A stretch of DNA of 64,000 bases. Source: a virus. Taxonomy: Duplodnaviria; Heunggongvirae; Uroviricota; Caudoviricetes. Below, one piece after another: positions 48,534 through 58,035 of this stretch; within the stretch, counting starts at the first letter, position 1, and the number at the start of each line of letters is the position of its first letter. The notes beneath the pieces were generated by a model. That model worked only from the letters and a program-made list of their open reading frames with translations. It was not told the origin of the DNA and did not search any database. Made by a program: the position numbers and the translations under genes. Location: positions 28,913 to 92,912 of the IMG/VR virus record IMGVR_UViG_2579778564_000015; one strand, 5' to 3'.

Positions 48534-51500
48534 CTAGATTGTTTTAAGCGTTTTAGCTACGTCAGATAGTATTGCTTCCAGTCTTTCCCCTTCTTCTGGG
48601 CGGAAGTACAGAATATTTGGATTGAACCCATAGAAGACTGTTACATCAAGATCGGGTAAATACTCTTTTCGTCCAACCAGGTCGGATGGTTTGCTCTTGT
48701 TGTTGAATAACGACGTCGCTCGGCTGCCACACGTCAGCACATAGGTCGGACGAACCAGGTTGATCTCTTCGCGCATGAAGTCAGTGAACTGGCTTATCTC
48801 GTCTTTGGTATAGTCCTTTTCTTTGTCCTTCACCTTCTTGCACACGCCGGTGACGTACAAATCGCCCATTCTTAGACCGCCTGCAGTAAGTAACTTCGCT
48901 TTGAAGTCGTCGTACCCGTTTTCCATGAAGTAACCGGTACGCCCATCATTGCCGTTCGCATTGTCCAGAATGACCATGATTTTCGGTTTAATGCCGATGC
49001 TGGGACGGATAAGTTCATCACCTAAACCCATTTCGGCCGCCATGCGCGTCATCAGTACATTCACCTCCGCAGATCGTTTAGGGGTCATCTCGAATGGACG
49101 AGAGGCTTTCACAGCGTCGATCACCAGGTTGCCCATCAGCTCCGCCTGGTCTCGCAGACGATTGGGGTCTGTTGCTGGAAGACTCCCAGACTCGATGGAT
49201 GCGAAAGCACCGACTTTTTGTAGTGAATCTCGCACGCGACTGTTGCACGCACGCTTCTCTACAGCCTCCTCAAACTGTTCCAGTGACTCAAACTTACCTC
49301 CGACTTTTTCACGTGCTCGCATGATGGCTTTGCAACCATTCTCGGAACAACCTTTAACAGCAGAGAAGGGGGCATACAAAACTTGATTACCATCCTCTAA
49401 TGTTCGGATCTCAATGCGATTAGAAGATACGTTAACATCTGGTGGTAAGACGCGGATGCCATAGGTGAGCGCATCCTTTACCAGCCCCTGGTGTTTGTCC
49501 TCGCCAAGAATAGTGAGCGCAGCAGCAAAGAACTCAGCCGGGAAATGTGTTTTCAGCCACATGGATTGATAACTGATCAGCGAATAGGCCACAGAATGTG
49601 ATTTGTTGAACTGGTAAGCACCGTTCTTCTCGAATGCCTCCCAAATTTCTTTCGCTTTCATTTCTGACAAACCAGCGTGTGAGCCTGTCACGCGCACAAT
49701 TGCCATAGGTAACTTTGCGCCTTTCTCAAGAGCCTCTTCCACTGTTAACAGTGTTCCGTCTTCACATTTGAAATGTTCGGCTCGATGAACGCGCTGCGTT
49801 GTGCCGTCTGCCAGCTCAACATCAATCCATCCAGCTTGAGCCTGAGCGATAAATCTTTCACCCATGCTCTTCATTTTCTCCATATCTTTCTTACCGATCG
49901 CTTTACGTACCCCATCTGCCTCAGCCATTGTGAAGCCGGCCAGCAAACGAGTCGCGCTCATGGTTTGCTCCTGATAGAGAATGACGCCATTTGTTTCGGC
50001 GGTTAGCTCGTCCAGTACTGGGTGCAGTGATTGCGGAGTCATGAAGCCTTTGGCAACTGCGACGTAATCATCCAACATGCCTGACTGAATCGGGCCAGGT
50101 CGAAATAGTGCGGTCGTAGCGACAACGGTTTTAAAGCTCATCGGCTCAATGCCACCGCCCAGATCTTTAAGCAGCTTGCGCATGGAGCCGGACTCCAACT
50201 GGAATACGCCCTGCGTGTACCCTGCAGCAAACCCATCCAGAACCTTGCGATCGTCCAGTGGGATAGCATCGAGATTGATGTCTTCCCCTGTACTCTCTTT
50301 GATGTAGCGTTTCGCGCTATCCAGCAGATCGAGCGTTGCCAGACCGAGAACGTCCAGCTTAATTAGCCCCATCGCCTCACAGTAACGTTTATCGAACGCA
50401 ATACAGCGAGCATTGCCACGCAGCTCGACGGGCGTGCGTTCTACCAATGGAACGCCAGCGACGATCATCCCCGCAGCGTGACGACCAAAACCACGCATCA
50501 GATTTTGAAGTTTGCAGGCGGCTTTGAAAGCATCCGGGTTTTTGGTGGCGTATTTGTCCAGGCTGGCCAGTTGTTCACGCAGTTCTTCAAGAGACAGGCT
50601 GTCGTCTTCCAGATTTTTAAACTCTTTAGAAACGGCCATGTCCGCGGCGTCTACACCGAAAATGCGAGCGGTGTCGCGCAAAGCAGAGGCGGCGCCAAGA
50701 TAGGTAAAATTAGGAATGCCGGCGACATATTCTTCGCCATAGCGTTCATTGAGATACTCGATCACCTCATGGCGACGCGCCTGGCTGAAGTCCAGATCCG
50801 CATCCGGAAGGTCAAGACGTTCTGGGTTAATGAAACGCTCAAACAGCAGACCGTGGCGAATAGGGTCTACGTTTGTGATGCCAATGCACCACGCCACTAG
50901 AGAACCAGCAGAAGAACCACGCCCAGGTCCAACGGGAATACCAGCTTCACGACTGTGATTCATCAGATCGCGAACCATCAGGAAGTAACCACAAAAGCCC
51001 AAGCGAGTAAGTGTATTCATTTCGTATTTCAGACGATCAACATATACCCGATGTTGGGAAGCCGGTGGCGTATAGCCAAACTCTTTTGTGGTAAGACGTT
51101 TGCGCAATCCCTCTATGGCCAGCTTCATCAGAGTTGCAGGCTCGTCGTCTGCCATCTTGGGCAGTGCTGGTGGCAATTCATGCCAGCGCCATGTGCAGGC
51201 TTCAATAATGGTGTCCTGCGTTGTTGAGGCCATTGCAGCTGTTACCGATACATCCATGCGAACGGAGAAGGCTTTTAATGCTTCGAGGAGATGGCGGCGC
51301 CCATTAACAGCGTTGTCACGCTGATAGGGTATACGCAAGCGATGAGGCTGATCTATTTTGATGTTATTCGTCACCATATGCGCAATATCTTTAATATCCG
51401 CGTCGTCGACCTCTTCGTAATATGCAGGGTAGAACGCAACAGGCTCAATTTTCAGCGCTCTAGCTACTTTCATCGCCCGAACGTTTATCTGGTCGTAGAA

Positions 51501-52055
51501 TGGAGTTGGGTGAGGGTAAACCACGTTGTAGAAGTTTTCGCGCCCGCCTGCAGTGATCAATGTGCTGATAATATTAGCGAAATCCCTACGTTGAAATACG
51601 CTGCCAATGTCGGAGGTGAGCAGAATAATGTTACCTTTAGCATATGTGGTCGCCAGCTGATCGAGTGAGAGTCTTGGCACAAAGTAAAATTGTTCTCGCT
51701 TGTTTGCGATTGTCATTAATTCGCAGATGTCACGATAGCCATGTTCGTTCTTGATTAGAGCGGTGAAGCTATAATTCCGTTCACGAACCAATGATTCCAT
51801 ACATCCTGAAGACTCTTTTGCTAGTCTGGCGCGGTGCTCATACGTTGGATCGTCAACAATATTTAGCTTTACACCACAAATCACCGCTATGTCTTCACCA
51901 GCGGCACGCTGCAGGGGGATCACACTAGCAATATTCATGCTATCCGCAGAAATCACAGCGGTATAGCCAGCCTCCTTCGCGATCTTCACCGCGTTTTCTG
52001 CTTTAAGAGCTGACTCTCCAAGAGAAAAGTCAGTTCTGACCATCAGAGCCTTCAT
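48534..52055 (-). CDS. dnaE: DNA polymerase III alpha subunit (DnaE-type, PHP domain)
   Basis: 1173 aa; N-terminal PHP motifs, length and architecture of bacterial DnaE. Confidence 0.85.
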   Translation of the reverse strand: MKALMVRTDFSLGESALKAENAVKIAKEAGYTAVISADSMNIASVIPLQRAAGEDIAVICGVKLNIVDDPTYEHRARLAKESSGCMESLVRERNYSFTALIKNEHGYRDICELMTIANKREQFYFVPRLSLDQLATTYAKGNIILLTSDIGSVFQRRDFANIISTLITAGGRENFYNVVYPHPTPFYDQINVRAMKVARALKIEPVAFYPAYYEEVDDADIKDIAHMVTNNIKIDQPHRLRIPYQRDNAVNGRRHLLEALKAFSVRMDVSVTAAMASTTQDTIIEACTWRWHELPPALPKMADDEPATLMKLAIEGLRKRLTTKEFGYTPPASQHRVYVDRLKYEMNTLTRLGFCGYFLMVRDLMNHSREAGIPVGPGRGSSAGSLVAWCIGITNVDPIRHGLLFERFINPERLDLPDADLDFSQARRHEVIEYLNERYGEEYVAGIPNFTYLGAASALRDTARIFGVDAADMAVSKEFKNLEDDSLSLEELREQLASLDKYATKNPDAFKAACKLQNLMRGFGRHAAGMIVAGVPLVERTPVELRGNARCIAFDKRYCEAMGLIKLDVLGLATLDLLDSAKRYIKESTGEDINLDAIPLDDRKVLDGFAAGYTQGVFQLESGSMRKLLKDLGGGIEPMSFKTVVATTALFRPGPIQSGMLDDYVAVAKGFMTPQSLHPVLDELTAETNGVILYQEQTMSATRLLAGFTMAEADGVRKAIGKKDMEKMKSMGERFIAQAQAGWIDVELADGTTQRVHRAEHFKCEDGTLLTVEEALEKGAKLPMAIVRVTGSHAGLSEMKAKEIWEAFEKNGAYQFNKSHSVAYSLISYQSMWLKTHFPAEFFAAALTILGEDKHQGLVKDALTYGIRVLPPDVNVSSNRIEIRTLEDGNQVLYAPFSAVKGCSENGCKAIMRAREKVGGKFESLEQFEEAVEKRACNSRVRDSLQKVGAFASIESGSLPATDPNRLRDQAELMGNLVIDAVKASRPFEMTPKRSAEVNVLMTRMAAEMGLGDELIRPSIGIKPKIMVILDNANGNDGRTGYFMENGYDDFKAKLLTAGGLRMGDLYVTGVCKKVKDKEKDYTKDEISQFTDFMREEINLVRPTYVLTCGSRATSLFNNKSKPSDLVGRKEYLPDLDVTVFYGFNPNILYFRPEEGERLEAILSDVAKTLKTI

Positions 52056-52233
52056 GTGTTTTTACCTTTCTGTTTTTCTTAATTTTGTCACTGGGGAAGC
52101 CAACGAACTTCCCATATATTGAGATCGCAACTTCTTTAGCTGATTGATGGCATTCCGATTTGTCTGGACATGCCAGACAAACCCTGCTCGTTTCAGATGC
52201 TGCGATAAGGGAGCTGAAACATCCTTTACGCAC
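52030..52233 (-). CDS. small Cys-containing hypothetical protein
   Basis: 67-aa ORF overlapping dnaE start by 26 nt. Confidence 0.25.
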   Translation of the reverse strand: MRKGCFSSLIAASETSRVCLACPDKSECHQSAKEVAISIYGKFVGFPSDKIKKNRKVKTHEGSDGQN

Positions 52234-52235
52234 GA

Positions 52236-53468
52236 TTAACCGAATATTTTCTGTACCACTTCGCGAGCAGCTTGCGCGGAAGTTGAGGGGAGTTTATTAA
52301 TAAATGACTTATCGATGCCGGCAGAGAAGTCTCCGCGCATCATTCCAATTTTGGCTGATAGCAACAATTCACGAGGGCCTATTGGCTGACTGATAAGATG
52401 TTGCTCATATCCATCTCTAACAAGATTGGCGAACTTGACTAACTTTTCTGCATATTCACGTATTATTCCTGCCTCCACCAACATGTTGGTTTCAGCTTTT
52501 ACGCTCATATATTTCACATGGGAGACGATACCGAAACGAGAGAAGTTCGCGGCGTTCTGGATGTTCGTTCCTTGATAAAGGCCTGTTTCATCGCCAGAAC
52601 CATTTGTATTTCCCGTGCCAATAAAGGCGAAACGCTTATGCGGTTCAATACGGCGCCAGTCTGGTGTGGCTTCTTTGATAATTAATGGCTCGCCTTCCAG
52701 TACTGGCTGGTAAACGCCCAGAATTTGCGGGAATGCAAAGTCGTACTCGTCAGCCAGATATACCCATCCATTTTTCATCGCCAGTGCCAGTAGACCAGGC
52801 TCGAAGTATGTAGATCCGTCTCTAGCTAGAATTTGTCCAGTAACATGCGCTTCTTCCATTGAGGCTGTATGTTGTGCGCGAATTAAAGGACGATTAAGTA
52901 GCGCGCATAACTGGGTTGGTAGTGACGATTTACCTGTTCCAGCATGGCCCCACAGATACCCAGGTATACCAAGTTCCAGCATCATGAAAATGTCTTTGAT
53001 TAGATCAAAATCACCATACACATAACCTTTCTTTGCTTCTGGCACGAACTCAGGATACGGAGTGTTTATGTTCACAGCTACTTGTAGAGGCTTCCCTCGC
53101 TGTGTACCAAGCTGTTTTACGGTCACGTTAAGCAGTTCGTGAGCGGCCACTAGTTCAGTTTTGTACTCAACAGTGCCTGCATATCCTGGATGGGAACTGA
53201 TATCAGCTATTTTCCCTTCACATGGTGTTTTTTCTGCTCGTTTTTCTTTCAATTTCTCCATCGCTACACTTGAGAGTGTCGGTTCATCCGGGAATTGGGT
53301 CGTATACATTTTTACGACGTCATCGACATCAAGATGTTTAGCGTCTTCAGGGATGTTTTCGCAACGTCCCATAGAAATGTGAGTCTTAAAGTGATGGAAG
53401 GGTTTGCCACACCACTTGCAGATTACGATTTCAGGTAATTTATCTTGCTGTAGTGCAGTAGCGGTCAT
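52236..53468 (-). CDS. cobS: MoxR/CobS-like AAA+ ATPase
   Basis: Walker A GHAGTGKSS, Walker B VYLADEYD; N-terminal CxxC..H..C. Confidence 0.6.
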   Translation of the reverse strand: MTATALQQDKLPEIVICKWCGKPFHHFKTHISMGRCENIPEDAKHLDVDDVVKMYTTQFPDEPTLSSVAMEKLKEKRAEKTPCEGKIADISSHPGYAGTVEYKTELVAAHELLNVTVKQLGTQRGKPLQVAVNINTPYPEFVPEAKKGYVYGDFDLIKDIFMMLELGIPGYLWGHAGTGKSSLPTQLCALLNRPLIRAQHTASMEEAHVTGQILARDGSTYFEPGLLALAMKNGWVYLADEYDFAFPQILGVYQPVLEGEPLIIKEATPDWRRIEPHKRFAFIGTGNTNGSGDETGLYQGTNIQNAANFSRFGIVSHVKYMSVKAETNMLVEAGIIREYAEKLVKFANLVRDGYEQHLISQPIGPRELLLSAKIGMMRGDFSAGIDKSFINKLPSTSAQAAREVVQKIFG

Positions 53469-53527
53469 ATGTTTTCCTTACTGTTGGTCGTTTTGTGGGT
53501 TATATCTTATATAAATATATTATATTG

Positions 53528-53555
53528 TATAGTAAGTGGTTACTTATTTTTTAGG
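53528..53555 (-). promoter_or_regulatory. upstream motif B copy
   Basis: tatagtaagtggttacttattttttagg. Confidence 0.4.
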
Positions 53556-53564
53556 TTGAAAATG

Positions 53565-54941
53565 TTAGCTAAGAATGATACGAGAAAGCTCGGTTACTAC
53601 CGATGAACCTAGTTGCTCCACACTTTTCACTAAAGCATAGTTTTTATAAAAAAACTTTGGTGCATCAGTTAGTATGCCTATAGCCATAAGATCGATATCG
53701 CTAACTGTTTCGATTTCTTTAGTTGTAGCCTTCAAATGCTCCTTAAATCCCTCTCCAGTAGCACATGGCACGCCGTCACTCAAAACCAGCATGATCTTCC
53801 GATCTTCCGTTCTGCCAGAGAATAGAGATGCCAGTTGCACTATGCTCTCTCCATCAACGTTGTTGAGAAGAGGGAAGGTAGTACTGACGCACCCCATACG
53901 AGCACGAATTTCTGGCGCGTTAGCCTTTTCGTTCCAGTTTTTAATAATAGGCAACATCAATGCTTCGAAGCGCGAAAACCCACGTTTCGACCTGTCGCTA
54001 CTGTCAGGATTCCCGAATGTGGTAAAGCCGGTAATGATGTTAGGCACATTGATGCGATCAAGCGCATCGGCAATGGTGTAGGCGCTGGCAAGTGCCAATA
54101 GTATTTTTTTGCCATTCATTGAACCAGACAAGTCAATCACCTGCTGAACGCAAGCGTTAACAGCCTTGTGGTCTTCCTTCCTGCGAAATACACGCTCATC
54201 CTTCATTGATAAGCGATACAAACTTGAACCGTGTATTCGACCACGACGTTGGCCAGGGATAAACTGTACGCGATTGCGACTTGCAATCGCACGCTCCAGA
54301 TCTTTAGCAAGAGTAGAGGAAACGCCAGAAGACAGATATCGCTCAATTCTTCTCTCAAACAACTTACTACCTTCAATGACAATGCGATAACGATCGATTG
54401 GGTAATGAAGAGGTATGGCGCCGAACACTTTTTGAGTACGTTTTATGTGTTCTTCTGCATCATCTATAGAGCCTATAAAATCGTATGAACGATCGTATGG
54501 CCGATAGTCTGAAAGAGATGTGCTTGTAAGCTCTTTACTAATAGTTGCCGACAGTGCGTCCTCAGTCATTTCGCCCACCGCGTCCTCCATCTCATCAAGT
54601 GCCTTGAGAGCGTCTTCTAATGTCATGTCATCTGTCGTAGGCGTTAAACCAGAGTCACCTTCTTGAGTGGTTTCTGTGTCTTCTTTTTTCTCACTACCTT
54701 CATCAAATTTGTCGTCTGCTTTCTCACCGGTTTCTTCCGACTCACCAGCAGTTCCACCTGTTGTACTATCACTGTCTTCATCAGAGCCATAGCCATCTGA
54801 AATATCAGCGTCGTCATGAATGCCATCCGCAGGAGTCGACAGATCGTCTGCGCCTGCTTCTGTAGTATTATTATCTGTGTCACTTATATCTTTATCGTCT
54901 GTAGGTAAGTCCCTATCTACTGATTTTGATGATTCAGACAC
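53565..54941 (-). CDS. cobT: vWA-domain protein (CobT-like) with acidic N-terminal region
   Basis: MIDAS DLSGSM; ~125-aa D/E/S/T-rich N-terminus. Confidence 0.6.
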   Translation of the reverse strand: MSESSKSVDRDLPTDDKDISDTDNNTTEAGADDLSTPADGIHDDADISDGYGSDEDSDSTTGGTAGESEETGEKADDKFDEGSEKKEDTETTQEGDSGLTPTTDDMTLEDALKALDEMEDAVGEMTEDALSATISKELTSTSLSDYRPYDRSYDFIGSIDDAEEHIKRTQKVFGAIPLHYPIDRYRIVIEGSKLFERRIERYLSSGVSSTLAKDLERAIASRNRVQFIPGQRRGRIHGSSLYRLSMKDERVFRRKEDHKAVNACVQQVIDLSGSMNGKKILLALASAYTIADALDRINVPNIITGFTTFGNPDSSDRSKRGFSRFEALMLPIIKNWNEKANAPEIRARMGCVSTTFPLLNNVDGESIVQLASLFSGRTEDRKIMLVLSDGVPCATGEGFKEHLKATTKEIETVSDIDLMAIGILTDAPKFFYKNYALVKSVEQLGSSVVTELSRIILS

Positions 54942-55092
54942 ACCAGAATCGTCTGTTTCTGACCCTTCTTCGCGACCATCATCTCGATCTTCTTTCGCTT
55001 TCTTGTCATCCGTCGACTCTCTATCATCTTTAGCTTTTACTCGTTCTGTAGATGATTCTTCTGGTGACTCGGTGGTTACTTCCGTCTCCTCT

Positions 55093-55839
55093 TCACTTTT
55101 GGGAGATTTTTTTACGGTAGGATTTTAGCTTAGGTAATTCACCTTCTGGATTCTCCTTCATGTCTTTCATTAATGTGGCTATTGCAGCGGCCACTTTGAC
55201 ACAGTCTTCTGTGCTAGACATGTTTCGAACGGCAACATCTACCCCATGCTCTTTCAACAAAGCCACAGGCTTTGCGATCAGATGCCAGTACTTTTCCATA
55301 AATTCAATAAACGGGGCTTGTCCATCCCAGGCACGTACAACAGGGCAAAGGAAAAATTTAAGAAATAGATCGCGCTGATTACCGTGACATATTGAGACGG
55401 CTTCTGGCACTTTTGTTTTGAAATACTTATCGATGATTAGATTTTGTGTAGCAAGTAAGTTACGACGTGTTCCGTTAAAAACCTGACCCATTTTACGCTC
55501 AATGAAGACATCTTCCAGTGCGTTCCACAAACCTGCAGATGGTGCCTTACCTTTTTTACGCATCTTTATGGCCACAAGAGTGTCTGTGAAAAGTATATGA
55601 GCCACTTCATGGTCAAGAAAACCTCGCACTGCGTTCATTAGTGTTGGTGTTGCATCGTCTGGGATCGATGGAATATTTACCAGTACAGGCTCTCCACGCT
55701 TGTTGTAACGTACAAAAGCGTCATTGCCTCGTTCTGCCACTGGTATCTGCTTACCAGACAACATTGCCACTACACGTTTTACACAGTCGCGAAAGTCCTG
55801 TACCTCTTTCAATACAGTTTTGGTCGGAGCTTTAGACAT
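55093..55839 (-). CDS. HExxH zinc-metallopeptidase-motif protein
   Basis: FLDHEVAHILF; first gene of motif A-driven operon. Confidence 0.45.
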   Translation of the reverse strand: MSKAPTKTVLKEVQDFRDCVKRVVAMLSGKQIPVAERGNDAFVRYNKRGEPVLVNIPSIPDDATPTLMNAVRGFLDHEVAHILFTDTLVAIKMRKKGKAPSAGLWNALEDVFIERKMGQVFNGTRRNLLATQNLIIDKYFKTKVPEAVSICHGNQRDLFLKFFLCPVVRAWDGQAPFIEFMEKYWHLIAKPVALLKEHGVDVAVRNMSSTEDCVKVAAAIATLMKDMKENPEGELPKLKSYRKKISQK

Positions 55840-55854
55840 GAGATTTTCCTTGTC

Positions 55855-55893
55855 GCTAAAACAATTTGTTTTCTTGTGTTAGTAATTTAGCGC
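55855..55893 (-). promoter_or_regulatory. upstream motif A copy
   Basis: gctaaaacaatttgttttcttgtgttagtaatttagcgc. Confidence 0.45.
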
Positions 55894-55895
55894 TG

Positions 55896-55924
55896 TACGA
55901 ACAGGCATCAAAACTGTTCGTACA
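55896..55924. terminator. 10-bp perfect hairpin
   Basis: GTACGAACAG-gcatcaaaa-CTGTTCGTAC. Confidence 0.4.
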
Positions 55925-55947
55925 GGTCACGGAGGTGGGAAGTTAGG

Positions 55948-56160
55948 TTAATTCGTTCTAACTGCTATTGAGCCGCAGCCGGTGTTAATCAAAGTGAATC
56001 GCTTGTTGCAATACTCAAACTTGAATGCGGTTGCATCGTTCATGTCCAGGGGTAGCTCAACAGCTGGGAACTCGGTAAGAATTGTCGCGGCATTTTCCTC
56101 TTTTAGCGCATAAGCTGTTCCAACCTCAAGGGCGGTCAAATCAGAAGTAATATTTTTCAT
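55948..56160 (-). CDS. hypothetical protein
   Basis: 70-aa ORF. Confidence 0.4.
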   Translation of the reverse strand: MKNITSDLTALEVGTAYALKEENAATILTEFPAVELPLDMNDATAFKFEYCNKRFTLINTGCGSIAVRTN

Positions 56161-56307
56161 TTCATATCATCCAACTGAACACGGTTAAATTTTATCAAAT
56201 ACTACTACCTATTGTATCAAAACTAAATATATCTATATCAGATATATCTCACTTTTCTCCTTCATAACCAGGCAAGATAAGTAACTTGAGCCGTGTTATA
56301 CTGCCGC

Positions 56308-56336
56308 TTGGCAAGTACTTTGATGCCTTCTAAAAT
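56308..56336 (+). promoter_or_regulatory. sigma70-like promoter of HTH gene
   Basis: TTGGCA-17 bp-TAAAAT. Confidence 0.55.
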
Positions 56337-56378
56337 AGATAGATAAGTCTTTACAACCCTAGCCTTTACTGTAATATC

Positions 56379-56392
56379 GGTAAGCACTTACC
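56379..56392. promoter_or_regulatory. palindrome GGTAAGCACTTACC in HTH-gene leader (motif B-like operator)
   Basis: GGTAAG-CA-CTTACC, resembles motif B core. Confidence 0.4.
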
Positions 56393-56422
56393 AGAGATAA
56401 ACAAAACACGCAAGGTTTAACT

Positions 56423-56809
56423 ATGGCTACCAAAGAAACAGAAAATAAATCAGGTCGATACGCTGCATACATCGATTCTCTAATTACGATTTCTTCTAAA
56501 AATCAGGCAACTATTGCCAGTGAAATAGGTTATAAAAACCCTAATAACCTTTCGCTTATCAAGAGTGGCAAAATCCCTTTACCGATTGATAAGGTTCGCC
56601 CACTGGCAAATGCTCTCGGGGCCGACCCTGTTCGTCTGATGTTGATGGTGCTTGAAGAGCGCCACCCAGAACTCCTGGAGTTCTTTAGAGAAGAAGGTAC
56701 AGCGCCTCTTTCTCCGGACGAAAAGAAAGTTTTAGAAGCGTTTCGCCAGCGCTTTGATGGTCAGCATGGCGCTTCTGAAAAGGTTGTTGAAGCCATCAAG
56801 TCACTGTGA
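56423..56809 (+). CDS. XRE-family HTH transcriptional regulator
   Basis: HTH QATIASEIGYKNPNNLSLIKSGK; 128 aa. Confidence 0.6.
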   Translation: MATKETENKSGRYAAYIDSLITISSKNQATIASEIGYKNPNNLSLIKSGKIPLPIDKVRPLANALGADPVRLMLMVLEERHPELLEFFREEGTAPLSPDEKKVLEAFRQRFDGQHGASEKVVEAIKSL

Positions 56810-57907
56810 GAAGTTTATACGAATAAGCTCGGTGGCTAGACGATCTCCCTTGAATTTGTGGTCTATCTCGTCTAAATCGTTTTGATTTACTATGGATGAG
56901 ATGTATGTCGAAAAACCTTCCAGGGCGACTCGCATCTCATCCATGTAATCGTGTCGATCGTAGACGCGGTCCATTCCCTCAAGACTGTGGTTCATAATCT
57001 TACGCGAGACTTCAGGATTAATCCCTAATGCTGGAAAATAGCTTCTAGCTGTACGTCTTAAATCTCGTGGTGTAAATGCTTCCACATCCATAAGCTCAGG
57101 GCGTTCAAGAATCCTTCTTAAAGCTTGTGCTATGGCCACCTTAGACATAGGAACATCTTTTCCTGGCTGCTTATTAGACGGAACGAGCCATTTGCTACCT
57201 TTGCCATAATTGATAAGCTCCTCAACGCACTTCTTCATCAGCGAACTTAAAGGTAGTGAATGATGTCTGGCTGATTTGTTACGTGTACCTTGATTCCATA
57301 CATCTCTTTTTAAATCAAACTCCTGTACTCCAGCTCGCAGTACTTCATCTGGCCGTCTAGCGGCTACGAGACAGAGTCTAGCGGCCCATTTTGTACCAGG
57401 GCATACATTAAAATAATCCCAGACATTCCAAAAAACCCAGACTTCGGCATCAGTCAACTTTCTTTCTCGCGGTGCAGGTTTGGCACCACCGGCGACCTTG
57501 TTCAGCGACAGATCGTTAAGAGGAGATGTATCGATCATCCCTTGAAAGGCACACCATCCCAGAAATTGTTTCATCAGGGAAAACACGCGTCTCCCCATAA
57601 CTATCTTGCCTTCCAGTATCAGTGGGTTCACCAGTTGGTTGACTAAAACCCTGTTTATATCACTTACTTTTACATCTGCTATGAATGGCAAAACATGTAT
57701 CAAAATGCAGTGAACTGCTATTTCCGGTCGACGTCTTGTTATCAGTAAAGATAAGCGAGTGAATAACTGAAAAGCATCTGAAAACCGCATGTCGCCACTT
57801 ACCAGAGAGGCTGCCATCGTAGTCATTTGTGATGCTCGGTCGAGATATTCAATCGTCTCTTGAGAGGTGTTCTCGGCTGCGCGTGCTCTATCAAAGGAAT
57901 TTTTCAT
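56801..57907 (-). CDS. int: tyrosine recombinase/integrase
   Basis: box I ARLCLVAARRPDE; box II HDLRRT...NHSL..M.RVYDRHDY (R-H-R-Y). Confidence 0.8.
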   Translation of the reverse strand: MKNSFDRARAAENTSQETIEYLDRASQMTTMAASLVSGDMRFSDAFQLFTRLSLLITRRRPEIAVHCILIHVLPFIADVKVSDINRVLVNQLVNPLILEGKIVMGRRVFSLMKQFLGWCAFQGMIDTSPLNDLSLNKVAGGAKPAPRERKLTDAEVWVFWNVWDYFNVCPGTKWAARLCLVAARRPDEVLRAGVQEFDLKRDVWNQGTRNKSARHHSLPLSSLMKKCVEELINYGKGSKWLVPSNKQPGKDVPMSKVAIAQALRRILERPELMDVEAFTPRDLRRTARSYFPALGINPEVSRKIMNHSLEGMDRVYDRHDYMDEMRVALEGFSTYISSIVNQNDLDEIDHKFKGDRLATELIRINFSQ

Positions 57908-58002
57908 AGTCCAATCACTGAGTTACGCCTTTACTGTATGTATAAACAGTATATTAGGCATTGTTTCTTATAGGATCAACATAAACTTAACGGTTTTTTG
58001 TC

Positions 58003-58035
58003 AATGATTCCATACTTAATAGGTATGGAATCATT
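58003..58035. other. lox/dif-like recombination site candidate (13-7-13)
   Basis: AATGATTCCATAC-TTAATAG-GTATGGAATCATT, 96 bp upstream of int. Confidence 0.5.

Noticed and set aside
48949-51668. Plus-strand ORFs inside dnaE, and 53674..54101 and 54820..55128 inside the vWA gene
   Set aside because: They are antisense to long conserved genes. The serine-rich translations come from the acidic-region complement.
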